Assembly: GCA_951406725.2 (NCBI GenBank)
Contig: OX597821.1
Coordinates: forward strand, 80,848,001-80,912,000
Direction of reading: 5' to 3'
DNA from: Octopus vulgaris
Taxonomy: Eukaryota
DNA: 64,000 nucleotides
The notes below the pieces were generated by a model that made no database searches, was not told the DNA's origin, and worked only from the letters and a program-made list of their open reading frames with translations. Shown here one piece after another: positions 1 through 13,381 of the stretch. Numbering within the stretch: position 1 is the first letter of the stretch; each line of letters starts with the position of its first letter. The position numbers and the translations under genes are program-made.

Positions 1-1008
1 TCTCATTCACCTAGCAGCTATATCCTGAGTACAGATAAGTTGAAAATGTATTTTCACTTCTCGAAGTCCTCGCTCTCTCGTCTATCAACCTTTTTCACTT
101 CTCGAAGTCCTCGCTCTCTCGTCTATCAACCTTTTTCACTTCTCGAAGCCCTCGCTCTCTCGTCTATCAACCTTTTTCACTTCTCGAAGTCCTCGCTCTC
201 TCGTCTATCAACCTTTTTCACTTCTCGAAGCCCTCGCTCTCTCGTCTATCAACCTTTTTCACTTCTCGAAGCCCTCGCTCTCTCGTCTATCAACATTCGC
301 CATCTTGAAGTCTGTTTCTTTAGTACACTTCCGCCCTGTCCAAAAATTCCCCTTCCGGTCAACTTATACTTAAAAGGCCACCCCACACGTGCTCTCTCAT
401 TCACCTAGCAGCTATATCCTGAGTACAGATAAGTTGAAAATGTATTTTCACTTCTCGAAGTCCTCGCTCTCTCGTCTATCAACCTTTTTCACTTCTCGAA
501 GTCCTCGCTCTCTCGTCTATCAACCTTTTTTCACTTCTCGAAGCCCTCGCTCTCTCGTCTATCAACCTTTTTCACTTCTCGAAGCCCTCGCTCTTCGTCT
601 ATCAACCTTTTCACTTCTCAAGCCCTCGCTCTCTCGTCTATCAACCTTCGCCATCTTGAAGTCTGTTTCTTTAGTACACTTCCGCCTTGTCCAAAAATTC
701 CCCTTCCGGTCAACTTATACTTAAAAGGCCACCCCACACGTGCTCTCTCATTCACCTAGCAGCTATATCCTGAGTACAGATAAGTTGAAAATGTATTTTC
801 ACTTCTCGAAGTCCTCGCTCGAAGTCTCGTCTATCAACCTTTTTCACTTCTCGAAGTCCTCGCTCTCTCGTCTATCAACCTTTTTCACTTCTCGAAGCCC
901 TCGCTCTCTCGTCTATCAACCTTTTTCACTTCTCGAAGCCCTCGCTCTCTCGTCTATCAACCTTTTTCACTTCTCGAAGCCCTCGCTCTCTCGTCTATCA
1001 ACCTTCGC
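1..1008. repeat. Higher-order tandem repeat: 394- and 351-bp units plus a partial third, each ~145 bp spacer plus 5-6 copies of a 41-bp subrepeat
   Basis: Unit starts at 1, 395 and 746; subrepeat TTTTCACTTCTCGAAG(T/C)CCTCGCTCTCTCGTCTATCAACCT. Confidence 0.95.
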
Positions 1009-1274
1009 GTATTCACGGTGCACCCGCCCTTGCCCACCCCCACCACCAATACCGGATATCTCTATATTTTTGCTCCATCTATACCGGATGTCGCTTCTCC
1101 CACCACCATTATAGGTGTCTACTCTTCGAACCCCCTCTTCAATACGCTATTTCTACACATGCATTACCCCTCTCGTGATATCCTACGTTCTACTTGTCTA
1201 GAACCTGTCATCATCGTTTCTCCGAACACCCCTCCCCACTGGTGCTCCCCTATATTTCTGCGCACCCCCTCCCC

Positions 1275-1586
1275 ACATAAAAAGCACCATCCGAACGTGG
1301 CCGATGCCAGCACCGCCCCGACTGGCTTCTGTGCAGGTGGCACATAAAAAGCACCAACCGACCGCTGCCGATGCCAGACCCCTCTGGCACCTGTGCAGGT
1401 GGCACGTAAAAAGCACCCACTACACTCGCGGAGTGGTTGGCGTTAGGAAGGGCATCCAGCTGTAGAAACACTGCCAGACTAGACTGGAGCCTGGGGCAGC
1501 CCCTGGCTCCCCAGACCCCGGTCGAAACCGTCCAACCCGTGCTAGCGCGGAAAACGGACGTTAAACGATGATGATGATGATGATGA
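1275..1586 (+). mobile_element. SINE-like family C, 3' part with (GAT)n tail
   Basis: Ends CGGACGTTAAACGATGATGAT; internal subrepeats GGTGGCAC(A/G)TAAAAAGCACC; homologous to 3256-3640 and 12945-13381. Confidence 0.8.
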
Positions 1587-1610
1587 TACACACACACAAA
1601 TATACATGTT

Positions 1611-1716
1611 CAGGAGAGACTGTGTGGTAAGTAGCTTGCTTCCCAATCACAGGGTTCCAGGTTTAGTCCAACTTGTGAGTGGATTTGGTAGATGGAAACT
1701 GAAAAAAGCCTGTTGT

Positions 1717-1770
<54 letters not shown>

Positions 1771-1985
1771 ATGTATTTATGTATTTGTGTGTCTGTGTTT
1801 GTCCCCCCCGCCATCACTTGACAACTGATGTTGGTGTGTTTATGTCCCCGTAACTTAGCAGTTCGGCAAAAGAGACCTATAGAATAAGTACTAGGCTTAC
1901 AAAGAATAAGTCTTGGGTTCGATTTGTTTGACGAAAAGCGATGCTCCAATGTGGCTGCAGTCAAATGACTGGAACAAGAAAAAGA
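1611..1985 (+). mobile_element. tRNA-derived SINE family A, internally deleted, CpG-decayed
   Basis: Homologous to the full copy at 43902-44376. Confidence 0.85.
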
Positions 1986-3255
1986 AATAAAACAGAAAAA
2001 AAGAGAAATGCACATAATACCGTTTTTGGAATGCTGGATATCAAAGGAAAGCTGTAAATACCAGTCTGCAAGACTTTGAATAGAAAAGTCAAACCATGTG
2101 AGACTCAAATACACATATCCTGTAAAACTGATGTTGACAATATATATATGTGTGTGTGTGTGTGTGTCAGTGTGTCTCTATCTGTGTGTATTATTCATTT
2201 ATTTGTTTCTGCCATTTGACTGTGGCCATTCTGGAGCAGCACCGTCTTTAGTCAAACAAATTGACCTCAGGACTTATTCTTTGTACTTATTCTTGTGGGA
2301 ACGTAAACACACCACAATCGGTTGTCAAGCGACAGTGGGGGGACAAACACTGACACAAGCATACACACACACGTCTATATATTTACGGTGGCACGCTCGT
2401 GCCGGTGTCACGTAAAAGAACCCACTACACTCTTGGAGTGGTTGGCGTTAGGAAGGGCATCCAGCTACTTACCACACAGCCACTCCTATACACACACACA
2501 CATGAAGGCGATATAAATGCTTACATATAAACATACGCAATGTGTTTTGAGTTATAAAACTAATGAAGGATACTCAATGAATGTTGTATTTTCAGCACAA
2601 GTTATAAGATTTAGTAAAACTGTTAATAGAAAATATTTGCTTCTATTAGCTGTTTGATGTTTAATCCTAAATCTTAAAGTGATATTGTTTCGGTTTTAAT
2701 TTGACGCATTTTGATTTCACCGATCAGAATGTCTGTTTGAATTGTTTGGAAAATATAGTAATTTGTCTCTCACTTTCTTATTGTGTATCAATCCCTTCCA
2801 CTTTGTACTTCATTCTCCTCTGTAACTTCTAAATTTAGTGATGGGAGTCCTTCTTATGCACATGGGAGCCCTTACGGGTTGGATGGAGAAACAGTGGCTC
2901 TCATGCCTTTTGTTATGTTTACAGTTGCTGGTAATTAATTTGTCTGTGTACGTCTTGTACATGTGTATGTTTGCTCATGATTAGAAACATGTCAGTGTGT
3001 GTATATATTTATGAGCATGCATTTGTGTGTTTATTTCCTTTGAGCATTGGCATATGTGTAGAGAAAGCTGTATGTGTTTGAAAGAGAGAAGGGATTCTTT
3101 TTTGATGAAAGTCAATGAATATCTTACTTTTTCAGTAGATCTTTATATGATGTTTTGGTTTCCCTGTCTCTTCCATTGCTGTCAACCAAAGTCATTGAAC
3201 ATCCTGTCAAAGCAACCTAAAACAATAAAAAAAAACATTGGTGAATTACAAATGG

Positions 3256-3640
3256 ATCATCATCATCATCATCATCGTTTAACGTCCGCTTTCCATGCTG
3301 GCATAGGCTGAACGGTTTGACTGAAGACTGGCAAGCCAGGAGGCTGCACCAGGCTCCAATCTGATCTGGCAAAGTTTCAATAGCTGGATGCCCTTCATAG
3401 CACCAACCACTCCAAGAGTGTAGTGGGTGCTTTTTATGTGCCACCGGTACGGAAGCCAGTCAGGCGGCACTGGCATCAACCACGTTCAGATGGCGCTTTT
3501 TTTGTGCCACCGACACAGGGAGCCAGTCAGGCAGCACTGGCATCGACCCATGCTTGAATGGTGCTTATTAAGTGCCACCAGCAAGGGTGCCAGTCAAATG
3601 GCACTGGCATTGGTCACGACTATGATTTCACTTGTTTCAA
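3256..3640 (-). mobile_element. SINE-like family C
   Basis: (CAT)n-CGTTTAACGTCCGC tail at left; same internal subrepeats. Confidence 0.8.
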
Positions 3641-4149
3641 CAGGTCTTCTCAAGCACAGCATGTCACCCAGGGATTCAAGAGTACTTTTAAATGGGTTGG
3701 TTATGAAACACTAGTATCATCCACAGCTGCGATACTCCCAGTCACAGCAAATCTCCAAAGGTCTTGGTTTCTTGTCATTGCCTCTTTGAAATCCAATGTA
3801 CGAAGGTCATGCTTAAACCACCTCATCCCATGTCTTCCTGAGTATACCACTTCCACAGATTAGGATTAATTTTCATATGGATGAGACATGGCTGAGCAGA
3901 CAAGAAACCTGCCTGCCAACCACATCTTTTCAGTTTTAGTTTTACCATGTTGCACCTAGGGCAAGTATCTTATGAGTATCACCATCACACATGCAGTAGC
4001 CTTCATTTGCAGTCTTGTGCAAAAACAAGTCTGGCCAATTGGGCGAAGGGAATTATTACCTTGCCTAGAAAATCTGCTCAAAGAAATCTACTCCAACAAA
4101 TTGCATCCAACCTATGCAAGCATGGAAAAATGGACATTAAATGATGATG

Positions 4150-4181
<32 letters not shown>

Positions 4182-4704
4182 GGTGATGATTTCTTAAAGT
4201 TACTAACCATCTATTGTCGAAGACACTTGCTCAGCATGTCATGAGGCAGGACTAGAACCTAAACTGCATGATTCCCAAACAGACTTATTGACTGCAAGAT
4301 TACGTTTGTCCTTTTTATTAATTTTTCTTCACACACACACACATGCAGTTATACATACACACACATATGCATGCATACACTCACACACACACTCATGCAT
4401 GCACACACACACAAACACACATCACACACTCATGCACATACATATGCACAAATACACATCTGTGATATTTCATCCATGAATGCAAGGCATGTCATTTCAT
4501 GCTTAAGATATAGAAATGAATTCAAATAACAAATTTTATCATAGAATAAATTTTGTTTTCTGTAGAATCAGTTTGAAAAAGCATACATTATAGAGTCAAC
4601 CTTTATTATATGGTTTTAATAACTAAAATTGTATGTTCTGGTTTAAATACCAGGAAACATCACTAATGCTCATGTGTGTGTGTGTGTGTGTATTTAAAGT
4701 AATT

Positions 4705-5690
4705 AAGGAGGATAGTCAAAGCAATTAAGCAATTAAGAATATGAAGGCAGGGAAAGACCATGGTCCATTTGAAATAACTTCTGAGATGTTTGAAATATTC
4801 GGCAGGGTGTGACTTATTAATTCCTTTAGTTAATCAGGTTGAACAGGCAACGGTCATATATTTAAAAACTGGTGTAGCAGCATTATAGACAAAGAGAAAA
4901 CCTTAAATAGAAATAATTAGAGAGGTAATTACAGAGGTAATCAGAGAGGTATTAAATTGCTGGGTTAGGTCATGAAAGTTATGGAAAGAGTTACAGCCCA
5001 AAATAATTGAGAAGAGAATTAATCAAGATGGGATTCAGTTTGGCTTTGTAACACTTTGTTACTTGGGAGACAACTACAGGAGAAGCTTTTAGCTAAAAGC
5101 AAGCTATTTTACAAGGCTTTCATTAACCTGGTGAAAGTTCACTCTTTCTGGGATCTTGTGATCTCTGAAGAAGCTAGGGGCAGACCCATACAAATTCTCA
5201 CTTAACAGTCAGTAAAGTGAGAGTCAGTAATGAGTATGACAATGAACTTAGTGCAAAAGCAGGAGTTCACCAGGACAGGATTCTCAGCCCCACCACATTT
5301 ATCATAGTACTCCCAGCCATAACAAAGGAGTTTTTAAGACCAGTTGCCTTAGTAACTTACTATATTCTGATAACCTTGTTCTTATTGCAGAATCTGTAGA
5401 AGAACTAGAAAAGAATCTAGAGGTGTAGAAGCAAAGGGTCTTAATGTTAACTTAGCAGAAATCAAAGTTTTGGTAAGCAGGAAAACAGCCAGGGCAGACA
5501 AAAATTCCATAGGGTGCACCCTGTGCAAGTTATGGACATGAATGGTACAGTGAAATCATTGGGAAGGTTAATGGAAAAAATAAATTTTGTATGTAGCAAA
5601 TATTCCAGTTTAATAAACACTATGTAAACATGGGAAATAGATTCTCTCAAATGCCAAGAAGGTTCCTTAAAGTTAACTGATCTCAAGATG
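4705..5690 (+). pseudogene. Highly degenerate RTE-clade LINE reverse transcriptase fragment
   Basis: Remnant peptides AIKNMKAGKDHGP, RGIKLL..MKVMERV, GVHQDRILSPTTFIIV; many stops and frameshifts. Confidence 0.7.
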
Positions 5691-6279
5691 TTGAATCTTA
5701 CTTTGGAGATGACAATGGACAAGATAATTGTCATTTCACTATGCTCAATAAGACCTGCCCATCATGGTGAAATTGAGCTCCTAGAAGCATTATGTTTAGT
5801 CTATACACTCACCAAGCTCAGTCCCTACTGTTGCACCTGTCCCATCAAGCTTTCCTCACCTTTCATCTTCCTAACATCTATCCCTCCATCAACCTTATCA
5901 CAATGAGACTCTCAGCTGCTGCAATGATTTGACAGCAGAATCTGTACATAATTCTTTCCCTTGAGCTATTAGTTACTTCCCACTCTCTCTGGAATCACTT
6001 CTTTTAACATCCATCCTTTATTCTCAATATCATCCTTTCCTACTCACTTTTCTCCTGTCTACCCTTTTCTTTTCCTCAGGTATCTCTCCCTCCTCTCTGA
6101 GCTGCATCCCAGAACTGCAACACCTCATCTTTAATACCCTGTCATATCTGCTATCACTCAAGGCCCTTTCATGTCTGCAATCAACAGCCCCACAACTTTT
6201 GGTGAACCTGTGGTGCTATTTGAGACCAAAAATCTGAATTACTATCACCTGAACATTTCAGGGTAGTGTATTCAGTGCT

Positions 6280-6705
6280 AAAAAGAAAACCACCAGGAAG
6301 ACTTCAGAGCATTTGAAATCCAGAAAATGCCCAGGATCTGAGACAATCTGTTCTACCATTTATCAAATGCTTACCATAAACCTGCTTCTCCTTTGGGATT
6401 GCCTGAATGAACTGTCGGGAGAATTTTATATACTGATTGCAAATTCCATCCACACAAAATGATGGTTGTTCAGGAAGTTTATGAATGTGATTGAGAAAAC
6501 TGCATAGTATGCTGTGATGTTATCCTTTTCAATGTTCCTGCAGATGCTGTTCTTTTCACAAGTGACAAAGCCTACTTTCACCCATCTGGCAAAATTTTTA
6601 CTACTGGGCAGAAAATATTCGTAATCATCATCACCACCACCACCACCACCACCGTCGTCGTCGTCGTCGTCGTCGTCTTCGTCGTCGTCTTCGTCGTCGT
6701 CGTCT

Positions 6706-6737
<32 letters not shown>

Positions 6738-6774
6738 TTCGTCGTCGTCGTCGTCTTCGTCGTCGTCGTCATCG

Positions 6775-6818
<44 letters not shown>

Positions 6819-7370
6819 GTCATCATCGTCATCATCATCATTTAATGCTTGCCTTCCATGCTAGCATGGGTGAGACACAGCTTCATGAAAAACCTTTAAC
6901 AGCAAACAGTTTACTGTGCTGTGTGCTACTCCAGATTTTGGTATTTGTGGCCCATATTTTCTTTTTCTGTTTTTTTGAGAAGAGAAGCCAAGTGGTTGTA
7001 GTAACATCAAATTGGAATGGAGCTGCTATGAAACTTTCTGAAACCAAAACTCACAGAACTTGGAAATTCAAATATATGGTTTGAAACAGGATGGAACTAC
7101 CACTTACATAAGATCAATGGAAATTTTGGAAGAACTGTTTCTAGGACACTTGATGACCCTACATAGGGATTCTGAATGGCCTGCAAATTCACCTAATCTC
7201 AATCTTCATAATTATTTTCTCCAGACTTACCAGAAACTTGATGCCTACAAACCTTGATCAACAACTATTGGCAAATTGAAGGCTGGTAAAGGCCAAACAG
7301 TTGCAGGAATATCACCAGAAATGACTTAGTGAGTGATGGAAATTACCATTTGGAGGATATTATTTCCAAA
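6280..7370 (+). pseudogene. Degenerate Tc1/mariner-superfamily transposase split by a trinucleotide array
   Basis: WPANSPNLNLHNYFL (cf. WPxxSPDLNPxDxFLW) and HPHKMMVVQE remnants. Confidence 0.55.
6624..6841. repeat. Compound trinucleotide microsatellite (ATC/ACC/GTC/ATC)
   Basis: Read directly from the sequence. Confidence 0.95.
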
Positions 7371-7691
7371 ACCAAATTAAACAAACCGTATTTCTTCATG
7401 TTAACATTATAAAAATATTTTTCGAATAACATTTATTTTAGCCCTTTTGTCAACCTTCCATATTTTGCAGGTAAACAAAAAGTCTGGACACGTTAAAAGC
7501 ATCCAGTACACTTTGTAAACTGTTTGGTATGAGGAAGGGAATCCTGCTGTATATATATATATATGCTAAAGCAGACAATAGAGCTTGGTACAGTCCTCTG
7601 GTTTGCCAGCTCCGGCCAAACTGTCCAGCCAATGCCAATGTGGAAAACATGTTCAACGATGGTCTCTCTCTCTCTCACACACACACACGCA

Positions 7692-7728
<37 letters not shown>

Positions 7729-7731
7729 GAT

Positions 7732-7890
7732 ACAGGAGTGGCTGTGTGGTAAGTAGCTTGCTTACCAGCCACAGGGTTCTGGGTTCAGTCCCACTGCATG
7801 GCACCTTGGTCAAGTGTCTTCTGCTATAGCCTCAGGCTGACCAAGCCTTGTGAGTGGATTTGGTAGATGGAAACTGAAAGCAGCCCATCG
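7732..7890 (+). mobile_element. SINE family A, 5' half
   Basis: GGAGTGGCTGTGTGGTAAG ... GGGTTCAGTCCC (A/B-box-like). Confidence 0.85.
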
Positions 7891-7924
7891 CATGTGTGTA
7901 CGTGTGTGTGTATACATGTGTATA

Positions 7925-7959
<35 letters not shown>

Positions 7960-8678
7960 ATTTTGCATGTGTGTATATATATTTACAATGCTGGATACTC
8001 AGGAGGTGACTTTTAACATGATTATATAATGTTTCAATAACAATTATGTAATCCTGACAGTAAGTTGCTGAAATGCTTATAAATTATATAAAGCATAAAA
8101 TGCCTTGTTTTCTATATTTTATTGACTAAATATGTTTATATATATATATATATGTATATATGCGTGCATGTATGTATGTATGTATGTATGTATGTCTATA
8201 TATAATCATCATCGTCAACATTCAACAACCATTTTCCATGCTGGTATAGGTCGGACAGTTTGAGAGGAGCTAGGGAAATCCTGAAAGCTTCTAATGGACT
8301 GTTTTGCCATAGTTTTTTGCTGCTGAATACCTTTCCTAATTCCATATCCTTCACCCTAATTATACAAGTCATCTAGATAACAACAAAATAAAGGTAGTGT
8401 ATCTTCAATGAAACAAGTCTGTCAGAAGCTTTCACGTTAATCTTTTGTTTACTTTAGAGAATATTCAGATGCTTTTACATCATCTGTAATCTGACATTTA
8501 AAGGCTTTCATATAAGTTATACAAGTTATACATTATACATACTTCTAGCATTAAATACATAAATATTTATATTCACATAATTTTATATGACATGATCACA
8601 TATAATATTTATATATCAATGTATATTGAAGTAAATAAGGAAATAGATTAATTATCAAGTGATATTTCATAATAATAC

Positions 8679-8827
8679 CTTAATATTTTCATGGCATTTA
8701 CATGGTGTAAAGACAAGGACATTACAGGTTAACTGTCCTCCTGCCGGAACTGCTTCTATTCCAATAAAATTTGCAGATGCCTCAGTAGTGTACTCATATA
8801 TATATTTTGAATTCGGCTTAAACCAAC
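8679..8827 (-). CDS. Coding exon 3: (S)WFKPNSKYIYEYTTEASANFIGIEAVPAGGQLTCNVLVFTPCKCHENIK, start of a Vitellogenin_N/LPD_N-type domain
   Basis: Strong polypyrimidine acceptor (ttttttaattctag|), donor AAG|gtatta, phase 1-0, open for 49 codons; F-x-P-x-x-x-Y-x-Y-x-Y pattern with later C-x-V and C...K resembles apoB/apolipophorin/vitellogenin N-termini. Confidence 0.8.
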
Positions 8828-8902
8828 CTAGAATTAAAAAAGAAAAATAAAGATGGTGTTAAGAGCAACAACCACAACATTAGCAAAGACAACAACAACA
8901 AT

Positions 8903-9117
8903 AATCCTTTGTAATAAAGGCACAAGGCCTGAAATTCGGGGGAGGGGACAAATCGATTACATTGACCCAGTATGCAACTGGTACTTGATTTATCAACTCC
9001 AAAAGGATGAAAGCCAAAGTCAACCTCAGCAGATTTGAACTCAGAATGTAGTGAAGGGTGAAATACTGCTAAGCATTTTGTTCAGCATTCTAGCAATTCT
9101 GCCAGCTCCTTGCCTTA
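8903..9117 (-). mobile_element. tRNA-derived SINE family B, CpG-decayed
   Basis: Homologous to 28722-29288. Confidence 0.8.
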
Positions 9118-9159
9118 ATAATAATGATGATGACAATAATAATAAAAATGATAAATGCT

Positions 9160-9563
9160 TGACCTTAACCAGTTGAGCATGTCCCTTAGTGGCTGACGAT
9201 ATGTGCATCTCTGATCACAAGCAGAAGTAGTGGGGGAGCATCATAGCCATATGTTGAGAGGAATTCTTTGGGGTTTGAATAATTCGCCTTTGGAAACATG
9301 TGTGCTTGTTCATCATCCTTAAACAATCCTTATTCAGGGACCTTTTGAGCAGGATGGGCTACTCAACCAGAAGAAAATTCTAACTGGGCCCCACCTGCAA
9401 GGTCATGTGCTGTTTATCTTGTTATGAGATCACCATGTCACGCACTTATGGTTGTGATGCATGTGCCTAGTGTACCCTTATCAGATGAGTAGTCATGATG
9501 GGTATACTGGGCTTCATATATTTTACCCCAGTGTCACTTTGATGGCATGCAAAGCTCTCTCAC

Positions 9564-9600
<37 letters not shown>
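9160..9600 (+). mobile_element. Probable retroposon/SINE remnant ending in (AAT)n
   Basis: GC-richer non-coding block with a simple-repeat tail; single copy in this window. Confidence 0.4.
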
Positions 9601-9602
<2 letters not shown>

Positions 9603-12387
9603 CAGCAAACAATCAGCAAACAATCAACGCTACTGAGCAACAAAAAGAGAACGAAAATACTCCGCAAATATAACATCACAGAGAAAGATTTGCCTGAAAT
9701 AAAAGAAAAGCTGAAGCAAGATATCCTTGCCAAAGCACAAAGGATCCGCTGGTACAAGAAACGCCAACGCTTCTTTGAAGAAAATAAAAAGTTCAACTCC
9801 AACCCCAAAAAGTTCTACCAAGAACTGGGCAAAAATAAAATAGAAGTCACTGCAGCACCAACGGCAGAAGAATTGGAAGAATTCTGGAGAGAAATATGGT
9901 CGGCGAACGAACCACCAAAAAAAGGAGTATCAAAATAACAAATTCGGCATCTGAACAACTTTGGACCCCCATAACAACTGAAGAGGTCACCCAGGCACTG
10001 CAAAGACTAAGCAACTGGAAGGCACCTGGGCATGACAAGATCCCCAACTTCTGGTTGAAATATCTAACAGGAATGCACAAAAAGCTGGCTGAAAACTTTA
10101 ACAACGTACTAGCAGAGCCAGAGACAATGCCTGAATGGCTCACGAAGGGGAAAACCATCTTAATTCCCAAATCAAATGAAACAGAAAAACCAGAAAACTA
10201 CAGACCAATAACCTGCCTCCCTACTATGTTCAAGGCATTTACTGCAGTGATATCACAAAGGCTGAACAAGCACCTGGACGAAAACAGACTGTTCCCAGAA
10301 GAGCAGAAAGGATGCCGCAAAGGCTCATATGGCTGTAAAGATCAACTAATGATTAATAAAGCCATAACTGAAGACAGCCACAGAAAGAAGAAAAGCCTCA
10401 GTATGGCCTGGATTGACTACAAAAAGGCGTTTGATAGCATCCCCCACACATGGATCCTCGAAACACTAGCCATTAACAAAGTAGCACCAACAATCATAAA
10501 ATTCATAGAGCACTCTATGAATAAATGGCAAACAGTCCTACACCTCCAAACAAAAGAGGGACTCATGAAAACCAAAGACATCCCCATTAGAAGAGGAATA
10601 TTCCAGGGAGACACGCTCTCTCCACTCCTTTTCTGCTTGGCACTGTCACCTCTATCTGATATGCTAAATAGAACTGGATGCGGATATAAATGTTACGGCA
10701 AAACGATCAGCCACCTTTTATATATGGATGACCTAAAACTATACGCTGCAAATGACAAACAGCTGGAAACACTATTAAAGACAGTTCATGGATTTACCAA
10801 AGAAATAGATATGAAATTTGGATTAGAAAAATGCGCCAAAGTAACCATGAAAAGAGGAAAACTAGTTAAGAGTAACAACATCACACTAGATAAAACCAAT
10901 GAAATAAAAGAATTAGACCAAAGCCAAACTTACAAATACTTAGGAATCCATGAACTAGATAAGACACAACACACACAAATGAAAGAGAAAATAAAAAAAG
11001 AATATTATAGACGAGTTAGATCAATACTAAACACAGAGCTCAATGCTAAAAACAAGATAATAGGTATCAACACTTTAGCTGTCCCAGTTATAAGTTACAG
11101 CTACAATATCCTTAACTGGACACGAAATGAACTAACCAAAATAGATAGGAAAACAAGAAAAATAATGACAGGATCTAGGATGCATCACCCAAAATCTGAC
11201 ATAGAAAGACTATATATACAACGTATAGAAGGTGGTAGAAGCCTTATACAGCTGGAAAACTACTATAAAATAACCACCATAGGACTGCAAAAATATCTAC
11301 TTCAGAAGGAAGGAAAACTGATCCAGATAGCGGCAAAACACGAGCAAAACAAAAAACTGTTCTCAGTATTTAAGGAAGCTGACAAATACAAACAAGAAAT
11401 CATACCACCTAATAAATATGAAGAAGAAGAAGATGAAGAAACAACAAAAGCTATAAAACAAATGAAATCCAAACTAAAAATAGAACAGCAACGAACCATG
11501 ATAAAACGATGGCAAGAAAAGCCCCTTCATGGTAAATACTGGACTAAACTAAACGCAAAAGAAATAGACAAAGAAAAATCCCAGCAATGGTTGAGAAGCT
11601 CAGGACTCAAAGCAGAAACAGAGGGATTTAATTGCAGCACAAGACCAAAGCCTCCCCACCAGAAATTACCAAAAACATGTAATGAAAAGAAATATAACAA
11701 GTAACTGCAGAATATGTGGAGATGGACAAGAAACAATAAATCATATCTCTAGCTGCCCAGTCCTGGCTAAGAAGGAATATATTCACAGACATGACAGAGC
11801 TGGAACCTACATACATTGGAAGCTATGCCAACATTATGGAATAACAACAGAAAAAAGATGGTATAGGCACACACCAGAAAAGGTCACAGAAAACGAGAAA
11901 GCAACCATACTCTGGGATATGCCGATACACACAGACAGAGAAATTAAGGCCAACAGACCAGATATAGCTGTCAGAGACCATGAAGAAAAAAAATGCTTTC
12001 TAATTGATGTATCAATACCGGCTAATGACAACGTGTCTCTAAAAGAAATGGAGAAACTCTCAAAATACAAAGACCTGGAAATAGAGGTAACTAGAATGTG
12101 GAATCTGAAAACAGAAACAATTCCTATCATAGTAGGTGCATTAGGCATGATAAAAAAATATTCAGACAAATACATAACAAAAACACCAGGACTTACAAAC
12201 ACATATAACATACAGAAAATTGCACTACTAGGCACTGCACACATCCTACGCAGAACACTTTCCATACAATAACCATCAGAGCATCACAACAAATCACAGC
12301 ACATACCCAAGGCACACAGAGCTGCGCTCGGTAGTGAAGTGAAAGCACGCTATAAAAATAAAACTACTGAATAATAATAATAATAAT
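9601..12387 (+). mobile_element. 5'-truncated R4/Dong-type non-LTR retrotransposon (RT + CCHC + RLE endonuclease) inserted in (TAA)n
   Basis: KAPGHD, YRPITCLP, IDYKKAFDSI, GIFQGDTLSPLLF, YMDD; CRIC..ETINHISSC..RHD; RPDI..IDVSIP..KLSKY; (AAT)n on both flanks. Confidence 0.95.
9613..12272 (+). pseudogene. Frameshifted RT-RLE polyprotein of the R4/Dong-type element (ORF pieces 9690-9938, 9896-11704, 11682-12272)
   Basis: Domains are collinear across three frames; frameshifts near 9920 and 11630. Confidence 0.9.
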
Positions 12388-12590
12388 GGTTTCAGATTTT
12401 GGCACATGGCCAGCAGTTTTGGGAGAGGGGCTAAATCGATTACATTGACCCCATTCCTGAACTGGTACTTATTGATCCCAGAAGGATGAAAGGCAAAGTT
12501 GATCCTGGTAGAATTTGAACTCAGATTGTAAAGGTGAACAAAAAGTCATTTTCTCCAGTGTTCTAACAATTCTATCAGCTCACCATCTTT
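12388..12590 (-). mobile_element. SINE family B, CpG-decayed
   Basis: GAAGGATGAAAGGCAAAGTTGA core. Confidence 0.8.
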
Positions 12591-12944
12591 ACAATAATAA
12601 TAATAATAATAAATGTTTGTTGGTTAAGACTGCAGCCATGCTGAAGCATTGCCTAGAAGGGTCTAGCTGAACAAATTGACCCCTGTGCTTATTTTATTTA
12701 TTCATCTATCTAATTTTTTAAAGCATAGTTCTTATTCTATCACTGTCTTTTACCAAGCTGCTAAGTTATGAGGATGTAAACAAACCAAGCCCAATTGTCA
12801 AGTGGAAAGAGTGACAAACGCAAACACCAAGACATATATACTCTCATATATATAAATTGAACTGAATCACAAATCACATGGTTGTAAAGAGAGCTTCTTA
12901 ACCACACAATGATGCCTAAGCCAATAGAATTTATTTAAGGTCTG

Positions 12945-13381
12945 GTCACACGTAAAATGCACCATTTCAGTATGGTTGATGTCAATGACGCCTGACTGAT
13001 TCCCATGTCGGTGGCACATAAAAAGCACCATCCAAGTATGGTCAATGCTAGTGCTGTCTGACTGGCTCCCGTGCTGGTGGTATGGTCGTTGCCAGTCCCA
13101 CCTGACTGGCTCCTGTGCCAGTGACATGTAAAGAGCACCATTCGAGCGTGGTTGTTGCCAGTGCCACCTGACTGGCACCCGTTCCGGTGGCACTTAAAAA
13201 GCACCCACTACATTCTGAGAGTGGTTGGCACTAAGAAGGGCATCCAACTGTAGAAACCTTGCCAGAACAGATTGGAGGCTGATACAACCTCCTGGCTTGC
13301 CACTCCTCAGACAAACCGTCCAACCCATGCCAGTATGGAAAGCGGACGTACGATGATGATGATGATGATGATGATGATGAT
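12945..13381 (+). mobile_element. SINE-like family C with (GAT)n tail
   Basis: Homologous to 1275-1586. Confidence 0.8.

Noticed and set aside
40-1114. Repeated Ser/Phe/Leu-rich ORFs; CRISPR-like appearance
   Set aside because: Products of a 41-bp tandem repeat with no unique spacers, in a eukaryotic context
8453-8490. Candidate exon 4 (ITDDVKASEYSL) on minus
   Set aside because: Phase fits, but the acceptor and donor are weak and there is no recognisable homology
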